Shown in pieces: positions 44,057 through 54,075 of a stretch of DNA of 64,000 nt. Each line of letters starts with the position of its first letter. The stretch's first letter is position 1. The notes below the pieces were generated by a model that saw only the letters and a program-made list of their open reading frames with translations, was not told the origin of the DNA and did not search any database. The translations under genes were made by a program, and so were the position numbers. This DNA is from a virus (Duplodnaviria > Caudoviricetes): positions 65,192 through 129,191 of the IMG/VR virus record IMGVR_UViG_3300038530_003247. One strand, given 5' to 3'.

Positions 44057-45345
44057 TGGAAAATCCAAACACAGGTGCAGGCAATATAAAGAAGTTCCAA
44101 GTTACCAACAATCGAACTGGTAACTCGATAGACTTGTCTGCTGCAATTGTTGAATATAGTTTTTACGAGAACGTTCTCTCAAACAATATTACTGCTCGAG
44201 CAGTTGTGGTTGAAACTGGTAACACAGACAAAGGTGCTCAGAACAGCACAATTGATGGACTTCCTATCAGAGGTGGTGAGAAGGTTGTTATTGAAGTTGA
44301 AGACGCTACAGAACAACCCATCACTCTTCGTAATCCTTTGAGAGTGAATAGGATTGGTAAGGTGACACCTGGAGCAAGGCAGGATGTTTATATTCTCGAT
44401 CTTGCAACTGATGAATATCATCTGAATGAACAGACAAGAGTTACAAAACAATACCAAGGAAAGATCTCTGAGAATGTGAGAACAATTCTTACAGAAGTTT
44501 TGAAAACGAAAGAACCCCTTGATATTGATGAGACGGCACTGGATATCAACTTCTTCGGAAATACCAAGAAACCATTTTACACTGTGACATGGTTGGCATC
44601 AAAGTCAGTTCCCGACACTGGTGTGGGTGCAGTTGCTGGTTATCTCTTTTATCAAACAAGAGATGGTCTGTTCTTCAAATCAATTGACAAGTTGTTTGAA
44701 CAAGAACCAACTAAGAAATACTTCCTTAATGACACACAAGCCCTTCCACCTGGTTACAATGCAAAGGTACTGAAGTATCATATTGGAAGTAACATTGACC
44801 TCCATACTCAACAATCAGTCGGTGCTTATAACAACAGAAGCCTCTACTTTGATTTCTTCGCAATGAACTACAGGGTTGTTGATTTTAGTATTGAAGAACA
44901 AGAGGGAAAGGTAAAAACAGCTGGACCAGATTTCATCAATGTCGATGAGGATTTTGTGGCGGAGCCCACCAGACTTTACAATCACATTCTTGATATTGGT
45001 GTCAATCCTCCCGGCTCTGGTGACGAGCAGTTGGAGAATCAGAAAGAGGACCGAACTGCACCAAACTATAAAGCAGAAGACACAATGGTTCAAACCATTA
45101 TGAGATATAACCAGATGTTTACTGTTAGAGTTGATATTATTATTCCTGGTGATTTCACCATCAAGTGTGGAGACATTGTTCAATGTGACTTCCCACAACT
45201 AAAAGGTGGAAGAGATCAAGAAATAAACAGACAAAGTGGTGGTAAATATATGGTGGCATCTGTTTGTCATCGAGTCACAGGAAAGGATACGTTGACAAGT
45301 CTTGGTTTGGTTAGAGATTCGTTTGGTAAAGAGGGAGGTTTCTAA
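44056..45345 (+). CDS. Baseplate hub/tail structural protein (gp27-like)
   Basis: LPIRGGE, LFYQT.DG.FFKSID, IPGD....GD, GKYMV. Confidence 0.65.
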   Translation: MENPNTGAGNIKKFQVTNNRTGNSIDLSAAIVEYSFYENVLSNNITARAVVVETGNTDKGAQNSTIDGLPIRGGEKVVIEVEDATEQPITLRNPLRVNRIGKVTPGARQDVYILDLATDEYHLNEQTRVTKQYQGKISENVRTILTEVLKTKEPLDIDETALDINFFGNTKKPFYTVTWLASKSVPDTGVGAVAGYLFYQTRDGLFFKSIDKLFEQEPTKKYFLNDTQALPPGYNAKVLKYHIGSNIDLHTQQSVGAYNNRSLYFDFFAMNYRVVDFSIEEQEGKVKTAGPDFINVDEDFVAEPTRLYNHILDIGVNPPGSGDEQLENQKEDRTAPNYKAEDTMVQTIMRYNQMFTVRVDIIIPGDFTIKCGDIVQCDFPQLKGGRDQEINRQSGGKYMVASVCHRVTGKDTLTSLGLVRDSFGKEGGF

Positions 45346-45347
45346 TA

Positions 45348-48161
45348 ATGGATGATCTGTTAAGACAACACTTTGTTGGCCGGGATGGATACACCTGGTG
45401 GGTAGGGCAGATTGCTCCTGAGGAGACCTGGAAGAATAACATTCCTGGACAACCACAACCAAATAACAGTGAGATTCTTGGTTTCTCTGAGAGATACCGT
45501 GTGAGAATCATGGGTTATCACACTGACAGCACATTTGATGTTGCAGACGAAGAACTCCCCTGGGCATACATCATGTACCCAGTCACCGCTGGTGGTGGAG
45601 GCAGAGGATCTTATCAGTCATCAAACATTGCTGCTGGTAACTTTGTTATTGGTTTCTTCATTGATGGACCTAACGCTCAACTCCCCATCATTCAAGGAAT
45701 CATTGGGTATAATGATTACCAAGATGTGATGAAGGAGTTGAATGGTGATAAGAGATTTGTCCCTATAACTGGATATCAACCAGAGGAAAAGATTTCAACC
45801 ACACAGGTGAAGGCAACTCCTGGTGCTGGAGAAACTGCTCCACAAGAAAACTCATCTGGTCCCACAACAAATAATGATTACGTTGAGAGCACGACAGGAA
45901 ACAACACTCAGACTGACTTCCAATCGGCTGAGAATAAGAAAAACGGTGTAAGGAAGAAACCCTTAGCTGAAACACAAGAATGTGACCCAGCACAGGCGAC
46001 TAAATTCCAACAACAGTTACAGAACACCCTTGAAGATATTCAGGAGCTTCAGAGGTCAATCTATGACACAAGGAGTGCATTGTCATTAGAGACAGCTGAC
46101 ATACAAGCAAAGATTGACAACAAGATTGAAGAAGCGTCGCTGCTCATCTCAGGAACCATTAAACAGGGAATCAATGAACTTGAGGCATTCATTCAGAGAC
46201 AAACTAATGAAAAACTGAAGGAGACATATAACAAGGTCATGCCTAATGAGTTGCCTGAGGTCATGAAAAACACAGAAAAACTCACAGATGCACTCGCCTG
46301 TGCGTTTAGAAATCAGATTGCTAGTGGTCCGAGTTCGATTTCAGATCTGTTGAGGTTGGCATCAAACAGAATGGTCAACGCCAACAACTGTTCTTCTGAG
46401 CTCGCAATGGGGATCTTGTACGGTAATGCTATTGGAGACGTTTCTAACTCAATCAATAATCTTTTCAGTACCGCTGGTGATGCTGTTGGAACTGCTGCTG
46501 ATGCTGTTGGTGCAATCGCAGACATCACAAGTGGTGCTCTTACCTTTGTTAAAGATCCTTTGTCATTTTTGGGTTGTGATGAGAAACCCAAGTGTAATGA
46601 AGTCACAGTTTACAGTCTGTGGAATGGGTCAAAACTTAGTGGTTTACCAAGCCTTGAGGGAATTGGTGACTCAATGAAAGACACTTTTGATTCTTTAGGG
46701 GATAGTGCGGATGATGTTCTGGGGTCCTTCGGTAATCTCTTTAACAACCCAAACTGTGACAGTGGACCCAACAGTGCAGAAGAATGTGGACCTCCAACAA
46801 TCAAGTACATGAGTACTGGTGGTGGCACTGGTGCTTCTGGAAACCTCATTGTCAGTGCATCTGGTGAGATTCTTGGTTATGATTCCTTCGAGTTTGGTAC
46901 TGGTTATTCAAAAGACACAATTGTATATGTTGATGATAACTGTGGGACTGGAAGTGGTTCTGTTATTAGGCCAGTCATTCAAGAGTACACCTTCACAGAC
47001 GATGATGGTAATGAGGTAAGAACAACTGGTATTGCAGATGTGGTTGTTCTTGACCCTGGATCAAGTTACATATCAGCACCAAATGGAAACAAAGGTGGAA
47101 ATGGAAGAGTTTGGAAATATTCAGATGAAACTCTTGTCACCCATGAAGATGGAACATTCGATCCACCCATTCCTCCTGGTTATGAAATTGAGGTCCGACC
47201 TGGTGATGGAGTTGAACTTCCACCTGGAACAGAAATTATCACTCAACCAATTGATAACAATCCTTCAACTCCAAATCCAGATGATGCAGCTTCAGCTGGA
47301 ACTGGTGGTGATGAGACGATCATTGGTGGAGCCACTCACATTGTTAAACTTCCTGGAAGATTTACAACTCCTTTCCCACTTGACAATCCAGTCGGAGAGA
47401 GTTATCCTTCACAAACAGATGGTGCATATCCTGTCCTTTTGGAGCTGGAAGATGTTATTATTCAGGAAGCTGGTGTTGGATATAGAACTGGGGATGAAGT
47501 TGTCATTGAACCATCTTATGGTGCAACTGCAGTGATGGAGGCAGATGACATTGGAAGAGTAAATAAAGTGAAAGTTACCGCAGGGGGAGAGGGTTTCCAA
47601 CAAATGCCACTAATTTATGTCAAATCACCAACTGGTTTCAACTCCGTCCTAAGTGCCAAGTTCTCTGTCAAACAGGTTGGTAAGGATGAGATGTTTGAAC
47701 CAGAAGTTCAGGATAGGGTGGTCACCGTTGTCAATTGTGTTGGTGCAAAACCAGTTGGGTTTGTAAATGGGAAACCATATTACGGTCCATTCCACATACA
47801 TAAAGGCAGAAAGATGGTAGGAGCGGTACACGTTCCAGGGGGTGATTTCATTGAGGATAATCCCATCATTTCAACACCTCTTCCCGAAGTTAACTTCGGG
47901 AATCTTCCCGAAGTTGATGTCGGAAGAGCGACACCAGTGTCATCAACACCGGCACCGTCGCCGACTCCCGCTCCGACTGGTGGAGGTCTTCCGGTAACCT
48001 CACCCACTATGGCGCCATCTCCGGCTCCGAGTCCAGCTCCATCCCCAAGCCCAAGTCCAAGCCCAAGTCCAAGTCCAGCTCCATCCCCAAGTCCAAGTCC
48101 AAGTCCAAGTCCAAGTCCAAGTCCATCACCAGGTGGCGGTGGAGGATACGGAGGATATTGA
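45348..48161 (+). CDS. gp5: Baseplate hub gp5-like protein with Pro/Ser-rich tail
   Basis: WWVGQI, RYRVRIMGYH, LPWA, VIGFFIDG...P.I.G OB-fold; no lysozyme motif seen. Confidence 0.8.
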   Translation: MDDLLRQHFVGRDGYTWWVGQIAPEETWKNNIPGQPQPNNSEILGFSERYRVRIMGYHTDSTFDVADEELPWAYIMYPVTAGGGGRGSYQSSNIAAGNFVIGFFIDGPNAQLPIIQGIIGYNDYQDVMKELNGDKRFVPITGYQPEEKISTTQVKATPGAGETAPQENSSGPTTNNDYVESTTGNNTQTDFQSAENKKNGVRKKPLAETQECDPAQATKFQQQLQNTLEDIQELQRSIYDTRSALSLETADIQAKIDNKIEEASLLISGTIKQGINELEAFIQRQTNEKLKETYNKVMPNELPEVMKNTEKLTDALACAFRNQIASGPSSISDLLRLASNRMVNANNCSSELAMGILYGNAIGDVSNSINNLFSTAGDAVGTAADAVGAIADITSGALTFVKDPLSFLGCDEKPKCNEVTVYSLWNGSKLSGLPSLEGIGDSMKDTFDSLGDSADDVLGSFGNLFNNPNCDSGPNSAEECGPPTIKYMSTGGGTGASGNLIVSASGEILGYDSFEFGTGYSKDTIVYVDDNCGTGSGSVIRPVIQEYTFTDDDGNEVRTTGIADVVVLDPGSSYISAPNGNKGGNGRVWKYSDETLVTHEDGTFDPPIPPGYEIEVRPGDGVELPPGTEIITQPIDNNPSTPNPDDAASAGTGGDETIIGGATHIVKLPGRFTTPFPLDNPVGESYPSQTDGAYPVLLELEDVIIQEAGVGYRTGDEVVIEPSYGATAVMEADDIGRVNKVKVTAGGEGFQQMPLIYVKSPTGFNSVLSAKFSVKQVGKDEMFEPEVQDRVVTVVNCVGAKPVGFVNGKPYYGPFHIHKGRKMVGAVHVPGGDFIEDNPIISTPLPEVNFGNLPEVDVGRATPVSSTPAPSPTPAPTGGGLPVTSPTMAPSPAPSPAPSPSPSPSPSPSPAPSPSPSPSPSPSPSPSPGGGGGYGGY
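48013..48131 (+). repeat. CCAAGT-type hexamer tandem repeat encoding (PS)n
   Basis: ccaagtccaagtccaagt...; protein APSPAPSPAPSPSPSPSPSPSP. Confidence 0.95.
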
Positions 48162-48192
48162 TAAATGACAGAACAACTAAGGAGAACAACAA

Positions 48193-48777
48193 GTGGCTGA
48201 GAGAAAGAATTGGCACCAACTTAGATATGGCACCGCTGAAGGTGAAATAAAGTTTGGTCATCTCCATGATGATAACGAACAGTCTGCCTTCATTGTGAGG
48301 AATGGTAGGTCATCAAACCATTACATAACACTTGATCAGACTGGTGGACCAAATAGAAAACATGGAACCATCTGTAAGTCTCCTGGATCATTCCAAGTTG
48401 AGGCTGCATCTGCTGTTCCAAAAGACACTCCTGGCATTATGTTGGATGCCGAAAATGGAGACATTGTGATAAAGGCACCATCTGGAAGAATTCGGATGGA
48501 AGCCATCAACATTGACATCCTTGCCATTGGTGGTGATGGTGAGAACGGAAATATTCAGATTGAGGCGAACGAAAAGGTTCTCGTGAAAACGAAAGCATTT
48601 GACGTTCAAACAAAAGTTTCAACTAAGATTTTCTCAGAGAAGACGGTTGATGTTATTGGAAACTCAATCGCCAACATCTATGGTGGAATTCTTGATTGTG
48701 CTGATGGATCCACAAAGAACATCGGATCCAAGACACCATCAACAAATGAAGAACAAAACAGAGAGAGGTCAGTATGA
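48193..48777 (+). CDS. Baseplate spike-associated protein (gp5 C-terminal beta-helix-like)
   Basis: Repeating beta strands (AENGDIVIKAPSGRIRMEA); synteny. Confidence 0.55.
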   Translation: MAERKNWHQLRYGTAEGEIKFGHLHDDNEQSAFIVRNGRSSNHYITLDQTGGPNRKHGTICKSPGSFQVEAASAVPKDTPGIMLDAENGDIVIKAPSGRIRMEAINIDILAIGGDGENGNIQIEANEKVLVKTKAFDVQTKVSTKIFSEKTVDVIGNSIANIYGGILDCADGSTKNIGSKTPSTNEEQNRERSV

Positions 48778-49559
48778 AGGTACCTGATTTATACGTTGGT
48801 AAACAGTTATTTGTTGGTCTTGGTAAGCCAACTGCACTTGGTGAAGGAGACAAAGCAATTCGTGGAGCGGCTTACCTTGAAGGTCCAACAGTAACTGGGG
48901 ATCCTGTGTTTCCCGATGTTTGGGCGACATCGATGATTGGACCCGTTGCAAATGATGAGTCCCCAGAGCCTAAGATTCCTGGATCTAATTGTTATGGAGA
49001 TCCTGCAAATCCATTCTCTCTTGCGGTTAGTGGAGCTGCAGCGTTTATGGATGAAGTCAACACCAACTCAAATGTTGTTGTTGGAGGTGATCTTCTTGCA
49101 CAGGGTCAAGTTAAGTCCAATTGTGGTGGTCATGTTCTTTCAAATAAGAAAGACTTTGACATTCCTCACCCGACAAAGGAAGGGTGGAGACTGAGACACA
49201 CCTGTCCAGAAGCACCTTATAATGATGTTTATGTGAGAGGGAGACTCAAAAACAGTGACACCATTCTCCTTCCAGAATATTGGACTGAGTTTGTTGATAA
49301 GGAATCAATCACAGTAAACATCACTCCTGTTGGAGCTCCTCAATCAATCTATGTAAAGAGAATTGAGGGAAATAAGATTATTCTGTCCTCACAAGGTGCA
49401 ATTCCAATCAACTGCCATTATCATGTGTTTGGTGACAGAAAGGATGGAGACAGGTTGATTCCTGAATATGAAGGAGAATCTCCAGCAGATTATCCTGGCA
49501 ACAATGAAGAATATTCAATTCTTGGTTATCATTACGACATTAGAGAGGAAAGAAAATGA
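48774..49559 (+). CDS. Tail/baseplate protein with chaperone-like C-terminal domain
   Basis: KDFDIPHPTK...LRH.C.E.P..DVY.RG. Confidence 0.55.
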   Translation: MKVPDLYVGKQLFVGLGKPTALGEGDKAIRGAAYLEGPTVTGDPVFPDVWATSMIGPVANDESPEPKIPGSNCYGDPANPFSLAVSGAAAFMDEVNTNSNVVVGGDLLAQGQVKSNCGGHVLSNKKDFDIPHPTKEGWRLRHTCPEAPYNDVYVRGRLKNSDTILLPEYWTEFVDKESITVNITPVGAPQSIYVKRIEGNKIILSSQGAIPINCHYHVFGDRKDGDRLIPEYEGESPADYPGNNEEYSILGYHYDIREERK

Positions 49560-52500
49560 GTGAAACACCGACAGAAGGAGGATTTGTTCCTGGGAGTTCA
49601 GACTCAGCGGACTGTACTGACAAGCTGGCATATGGAACTCCATCCACAATTTACTCTTACGTCTTTAAATCTGATCTACCAAAGGAAGAAGACTGGGCTG
49701 GACAGTGTGACCCAAGGTATCACGGGACAGCACAGATTGACAGTCTTAGAGTCAACACTGACATTCAGGGTCCTGGTGGAGTTGGACCAATTTTAGTAAA
49801 TTCTTCTTCTGTTGGATTTGCTGGAACTGTAACTGCAACGACTTTCGTTGGATCCGGTGTTGGTCTGACTGAAATTGTTGATGCTGCAGATGGAACCTAT
49901 GGTAGTTCTACTGTATCACCACAGATTACTGTTGCTGATGGAAGAATTACTGGTATCACTGCAACTCTCATCTCTGGAGGTGGAGGTGGTGGTGGCACCG
50001 AAGTCATCATTGAGGATAATGATATTCTTGTAGGTACTGCAGGAACAATTAACTTTGGTTCTGGACTTTCTGTATCTCCTGCATCTGCAGGTATTGTTAC
50101 TGTTACTTCTGCAACTGCAGATGTTGTCAGTGACACTTCACCACAACTTGGTGGTAACTTAGATCTCAATGGTCACACCGTCAACGGAACTGGTAATATC
50201 AATGTAAATGGAAGTTTGCGTTTAAATGGTCCTAGCACTTTCACTAGTAATCTTGATATTGATGGTAATCTTGACGTAGATGGAACTACAGAACTAGATA
50301 TATTAAATGTTTCTGGTGTTTCTACATTCCAAGGTAATGTAGATCTTGGTGATGATGATAGATTGAGACTTGGTGATAGTCAAGACTTACAGATTTATCA
50401 TTCTTCCAATATTAATAGAATTGAAGCGGATCAGCAACTGTATATAAAAGGTACAAATATTAATTTGTACAAAGCAGGAAGTTCTGAATTGATGGCATCA
50501 TTTAAACAAGATGGTGCAGTAGAACTTTATCATAATAACAACAAGAAACTTGAAACCACTGGTGCAGGAGCTACTGTTACTGGAACTCTGTTTTCAAATC
50601 AGTTAAATGTTTCTGGTATTTCTACATTTACTGACAATATTGTTGCTAATGGGAATATTATTGGTGACAACTCAACCAATATCTCTGGAATCAGTAGTGT
50701 AACTGCAACAACATTCTATGGTGATGTAAGTTCATTGGCCTTTTCTGGTGTAGGGACAGTAACCACCCGTACCGTTGGATCAAAGCTACGAGATGTAGTT
50801 AGTGTCAAAGACTATGGTGCTGTTGGTGACGGTGTCACTGACGACACAGCTGCAATTCAGGCCGCTATCGACGCTGCTGAGTTGGGAGTCCTCAAGCGTC
50901 ATTATGGCGGTGTTTCTGTTGTCTTCCCCAGCGGAGCCTACCTTATTACGTCTACCATCACCATTCAAGAGTCTAACATCCCCTCTGGAGGTGGTAGGAA
51001 CGGCATCACCTTGGTGGGTGATGGGGCAACATCCTCGTCAATCATTGCTAACAACCCTAACTTTGACTACATTTCATTTGTAGGATCATCATCACGCAGC
51101 TACTACGGTGGTGGCGTCAAGAATCTTGGCCTTATCGCTATAGGCAACGCTACATCCGGTGCATTGTTAAAGATGTATCGGACTATTGGGTCTTCTATTG
51201 AGGACGTTCAGTTCGATGGAGGCTACGAAAACCTCGTCCTAGATGGATGTGCTGATCTTCTGATCTCAGACTTCTACGGTGTGGATATCAGTCGTACCTC
51301 AGGTACCATCAGCAGTTTCATCAGGTTCAAAGCTACACAGTTTGTATGCTCTGACGTGCATTTGGTTAATGCACAGATTAAGCCGACTACCTATGTTCCC
51401 ACCTATTCCATCATTGTTAATGGCTCTGATGGCATTTACTGCTCAAACGGTCACCAGTTCGGTGGCCTTAGGTTTGAACCTCAAAGTATTGGGGTTTCTC
51501 AATCCACCTCCTCGACCTTTTGGAATAACTGGTACTTCGATACAAGTTCTGCAAACAACATCCTCTTCATTGGCAACACAGATACTGCCTCCAAGTACAA
51601 CAACCACAGGTTTAATAGCTGTGATATGAGAGATGCTGACCGTGGAGTTCTTGTTCAATCAACTACTGCCGTCCAGAACATCATCATTTCTGGCTCTAGA
51701 CTTGGTGGGCAGCAGAAAGAAGCTGTATATACCAGTGATGTTATTGCCGAAGATATAGTCCTCTCTGATTGTATCTTTAACGGAAACAACGTGGGCGGCA
51801 CTGCTACTGCAGGCGACATCCAGTGGGGTTCCCGAGGTGGTGTGATCAATGGTTGTATCTTTAAAGATGGTAACGCTGCTGGTACAGCACTCCAGTTGAT
51901 TGCTAGTGCTGTGGATACCGTCGTCGGTGACTGTAACTTCAGCGCCTCAACTGCTGGCACCAAGATCTCAGACAGTGGAACCCGTACAACCTTTAGTAAT
52001 GTTATTGGAGCAGGTATAGAATCTAGAAGCCACGTTTCCGTTAAAGTCTTCGGTGCTGTTGGTGACGGCGTCACTGATGACACAGCTGCTATTCAAGCAG
52101 CTATCGATGCAGTAACTACATCCGGTGGGGTTGTCTCATTTCCTGCTGGGGTGTATCTCATCAGCTCAACGCTTCGGCTGAAGCAAAAGACCCATCTTAT
52201 TGGCGATGGGGGATTCTTCCAGAACCAGTTCGTTGACAATGACTACAGAATTGGCGGAACCACAATTAAGCTGGCTCCTAGCAGCAACTGTGATATGATT
52301 CTGGTTAGAATGGGTCAATCAGACACATCAACCGATAAACGTAGTCACTGCTCGATTAGAAACCTGCACCTGTTTGGTAACAGGTCTGCCTCTCAAGCGC
52401 CATCCGCAAACGATTTAAACTCCACCGGAGATGGTGTGGTTATTGCGGGTTCTCGCTATGTAACCCTGGAAAATGTTGTTATCTCGAAATGTGCTGAAGA

Positions 52501-53452
52501 TGGATTAAGTATGGAATCATATACTTACCCCAATGTTTCCAGTGTTCCGTCTAATAATATCGACCTGAGGGCTTGTGCTTTCTTGTCTAATAAAGGCAGG
52601 GGTGTGTCACTTGCTGGGGGCGACTCCATCATGACGAACTGTCAGGTGGGATATAACGGAAGCAATGGTATTTCTGTGTCCGGCTTTGGCTTGGTTGCTA
52701 ATAACCTGGTATGGAATAACCAAAGTAATGGCGTGTTTGTGTCTTCCGCGGAACCAACAACCCTTACCGGAAACAAGATTTATGACAATAAAAAGGTAGG
52801 TATTTATCTAGGTCCTGGAATCACAACCACATACGCGACCGTCACAGGCAACACCATTATCCGTAACGGTGGCGCTGGTGCCGTTGGCTTCACAGAGAAG
52901 TCTGGCATTCTAGTCGCCACAGCCGCTACTGAACAGCTTGTAATTACTGGCAACAGCATCGACGATATTCAATACGGTATCTACTTTACGAATAGTGCTA
53001 CCCGTGTTAGCGGGTTTGCTGGAAACAGTATAACAAACACTAGCTCCCCAATTACTCTGGCTAACTCTAATAACATCAGCCTGCATGATCAATCTTTGAC
53101 TGCTTCGCCACACGTTGGTTTTACCGCTACAAGTGATATTGACCTAAATGGCAATTCTCTTGATGGTTTTAGTTTAACATCTTCGTATGGTGCTAATGGT
53201 ACGGTCGTTACCACATCTGGTGTGACGTTATTTAATGCAGGTACTAATGGAACCATCTATTTTCTCAGTGCCGTACATATAACAAGCACTGCTAAAATAG
53301 TTGCATATGTAATGGGTCATAGCTCGTCTCCACAAGTTATCACTCAGTCGGGTTCAGGATATACTTTAGGTTTTTCTGGAACAAGCGTAACTTTAACGTC
53401 AGGTACTGGAGGCAATCTGACCACTAACTGGCGTGTACTACGTGTTGCTTGA
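49556..53452 (+). CDS. Tail fibre/tailspike with two tandem pectate-lyase-like beta-helix domains
   Basis: DTSPQLGGNLD; two copies of VSVK..GAVGDGVTDDTAAIQAAIDA; parallel beta-helix repeats. Confidence 0.85.
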   Translation: MSETPTEGGFVPGSSDSADCTDKLAYGTPSTIYSYVFKSDLPKEEDWAGQCDPRYHGTAQIDSLRVNTDIQGPGGVGPILVNSSSVGFAGTVTATTFVGSGVGLTEIVDAADGTYGSSTVSPQITVADGRITGITATLISGGGGGGGTEVIIEDNDILVGTAGTINFGSGLSVSPASAGIVTVTSATADVVSDTSPQLGGNLDLNGHTVNGTGNINVNGSLRLNGPSTFTSNLDIDGNLDVDGTTELDILNVSGVSTFQGNVDLGDDDRLRLGDSQDLQIYHSSNINRIEADQQLYIKGTNINLYKAGSSELMASFKQDGAVELYHNNNKKLETTGAGATVTGTLFSNQLNVSGISTFTDNIVANGNIIGDNSTNISGISSVTATTFYGDVSSLAFSGVGTVTTRTVGSKLRDVVSVKDYGAVGDGVTDDTAAIQAAIDAAELGVLKRHYGGVSVVFPSGAYLITSTITIQESNIPSGGGRNGITLVGDGATSSSIIANNPNFDYISFVGSSSRSYYGGGVKNLGLIAIGNATSGALLKMYRTIGSSIEDVQFDGGYENLVLDGCADLLISDFYGVDISRTSGTISSFIRFKATQFVCSDVHLVNAQIKPTTYVPTYSIIVNGSDGIYCSNGHQFGGLRFEPQSIGVSQSTSSTFWNNWYFDTSSANNILFIGNTDTASKYNNHRFNSCDMRDADRGVLVQSTTAVQNIIISGSRLGGQQKEAVYTSDVIAEDIVLSDCIFNGNNVGGTATAGDIQWGSRGGVINGCIFKDGNAAGTALQLIASAVDTVVGDCNFSASTAGTKISDSGTRTTFSNVIGAGIESRSHVSVKVFGAVGDGVTDDTAAIQAAIDAVTTSGGVVSFPAGVYLISSTLRLKQKTHLIGDGGFFQNQFVDNDYRIGGTTIKLAPSSNCDMILVRMGQSDTSTDKRSHCSIRNLHLFGNRSASQAPSANDLNSTGDGVVIAGSRYVTLENVVISKCAEDGLSMESYTYPNVSSVPSNNIDLRACAFLSNKGRGVSLAGGDSIMTNCQVGYNGSNGISVSGFGLVANNLVWNNQSNGVFVSSAEPTTLTGNKIYDNKKVGIYLGPGITTTYATVTGNTIIRNGGAGAVGFTEKSGILVATAATEQLVITGNSIDDIQYGIYFTNSATRVSGFAGNSITNTSSPITLANSNNISLHDQSLTASPHVGFTATSDIDLNGNSLDGFSLTSSYGANGTVVTTSGVTLFNAGTNGTIYFLSAVHITSTAKIVAYVMGHSSSPQVITQSGSGYTLGFSGTSVTLTSGTGGNLTTNWRVLRVA
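50408..50530 (+). repeat. Dispersed repeat shared with 63359-63481
   Basis: 52 bp identical (50453-50504 = 63404-63455), flanks similar. Confidence 0.9.
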
Positions 53453-53508
53453 CGTTTAACTTCAGCAACTCGGATTGACCTGGCACCTCTGGAAGTGGAG
53501 CAGGACGC

Positions 53509-53538
53509 TTGACAGATTGGCCGAACTGGGGTTATGAT
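53509..53538 (+). promoter_or_regulatory. Sigma70-like early promoter
   Basis: TTGACA-N18-TATGAT. Confidence 0.6.
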
Positions 53539-53561
53539 GTAATCATCCCACAAGAGGTTCT

Positions 53562-53798
53562 ATGAACAGTGAAGATCTTTACGATCGTTCTAACGAAGAT
53601 CATGAATATCTTGATAATGTCCTTGTTGACATTTCTTCCAGAACCATTACTCTATTTTCCAGTCATGGTAACCATAGTGAAGTAAAGTGTAAGACTCCCA
53701 AACAGTTTATCACAACACTCACTGCAATTAGGGACAACGTTGACGAAGAGGACATTTATTTCAAGAAACCAAAAGTAAAAAACAAAAGCGAGGTTTAG
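53562..53798 (+). CDS. Conserved cyanophage hypothetical protein
   Basis: VDISSRTITLFSS.G...V.C....QF. Confidence 0.7.
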   Translation: MNSEDLYDRSNEDHEYLDNVLVDISSRTITLFSSHGNHSEVKCKTPKQFITTLTAIRDNVDEEDIYFKKPKVKNKSEV

Positions 53799-53800
53799 TT

Positions 53801-53965
53801 TTGAAAATAAACATCTGGTATTCTGGTCACAGTAACCAATGGAGATGGACCCTCACTGACGAAAACAACCACCAAGAAAGTGGTGGTCAGGAGGATCTTA
53901 GAGTTGCAATGAATGATATTGCTAACACCATCGAGTGGTTAGCAAAGACCAAATTACCAGAATAA
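53801..53965 (+). CDS. Small conserved protein (TTG start, below cutoff)
   Basis: KINIWY...QWRWTL...ESG...LRVAMND. Confidence 0.65.
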   Translation: MKINIWYSGHSNQWRWTLTDENNHQESGGQEDLRVAMNDIANTIEWLAKTKLPE

Positions 53966-54034
53966 ATAACCTTGTGTGAAGGAAGTCGCGTCACTATCTG
54001 TGAGTGAAAGGGGCACCTTATGGTGTCCTTTTTT
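53962..54034 (+). terminator. Late promoter, short leader and terminator (possible small RNA)
   Basis: ATAAATA 53962-53968; GGGCACC-TTAT-GGTGTCC-T6 at 54011-54034. Confidence 0.7.
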
Positions 54035-54075
54035 GTGCTCTAAATAAGTTATAACAGAATTAGTGCGCCGGTAAG

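Noticed and set aside
48007-48267. Minus-strand ORF with DLDLDL repeat
   Set aside because: Reverse reading of the PS hexamer repeat
50408-50530. Diversity-generating retroelement TR/VR pair
   Set aside because: Differences between the copies are not adenine-specific and no reverse transcriptase is in the window
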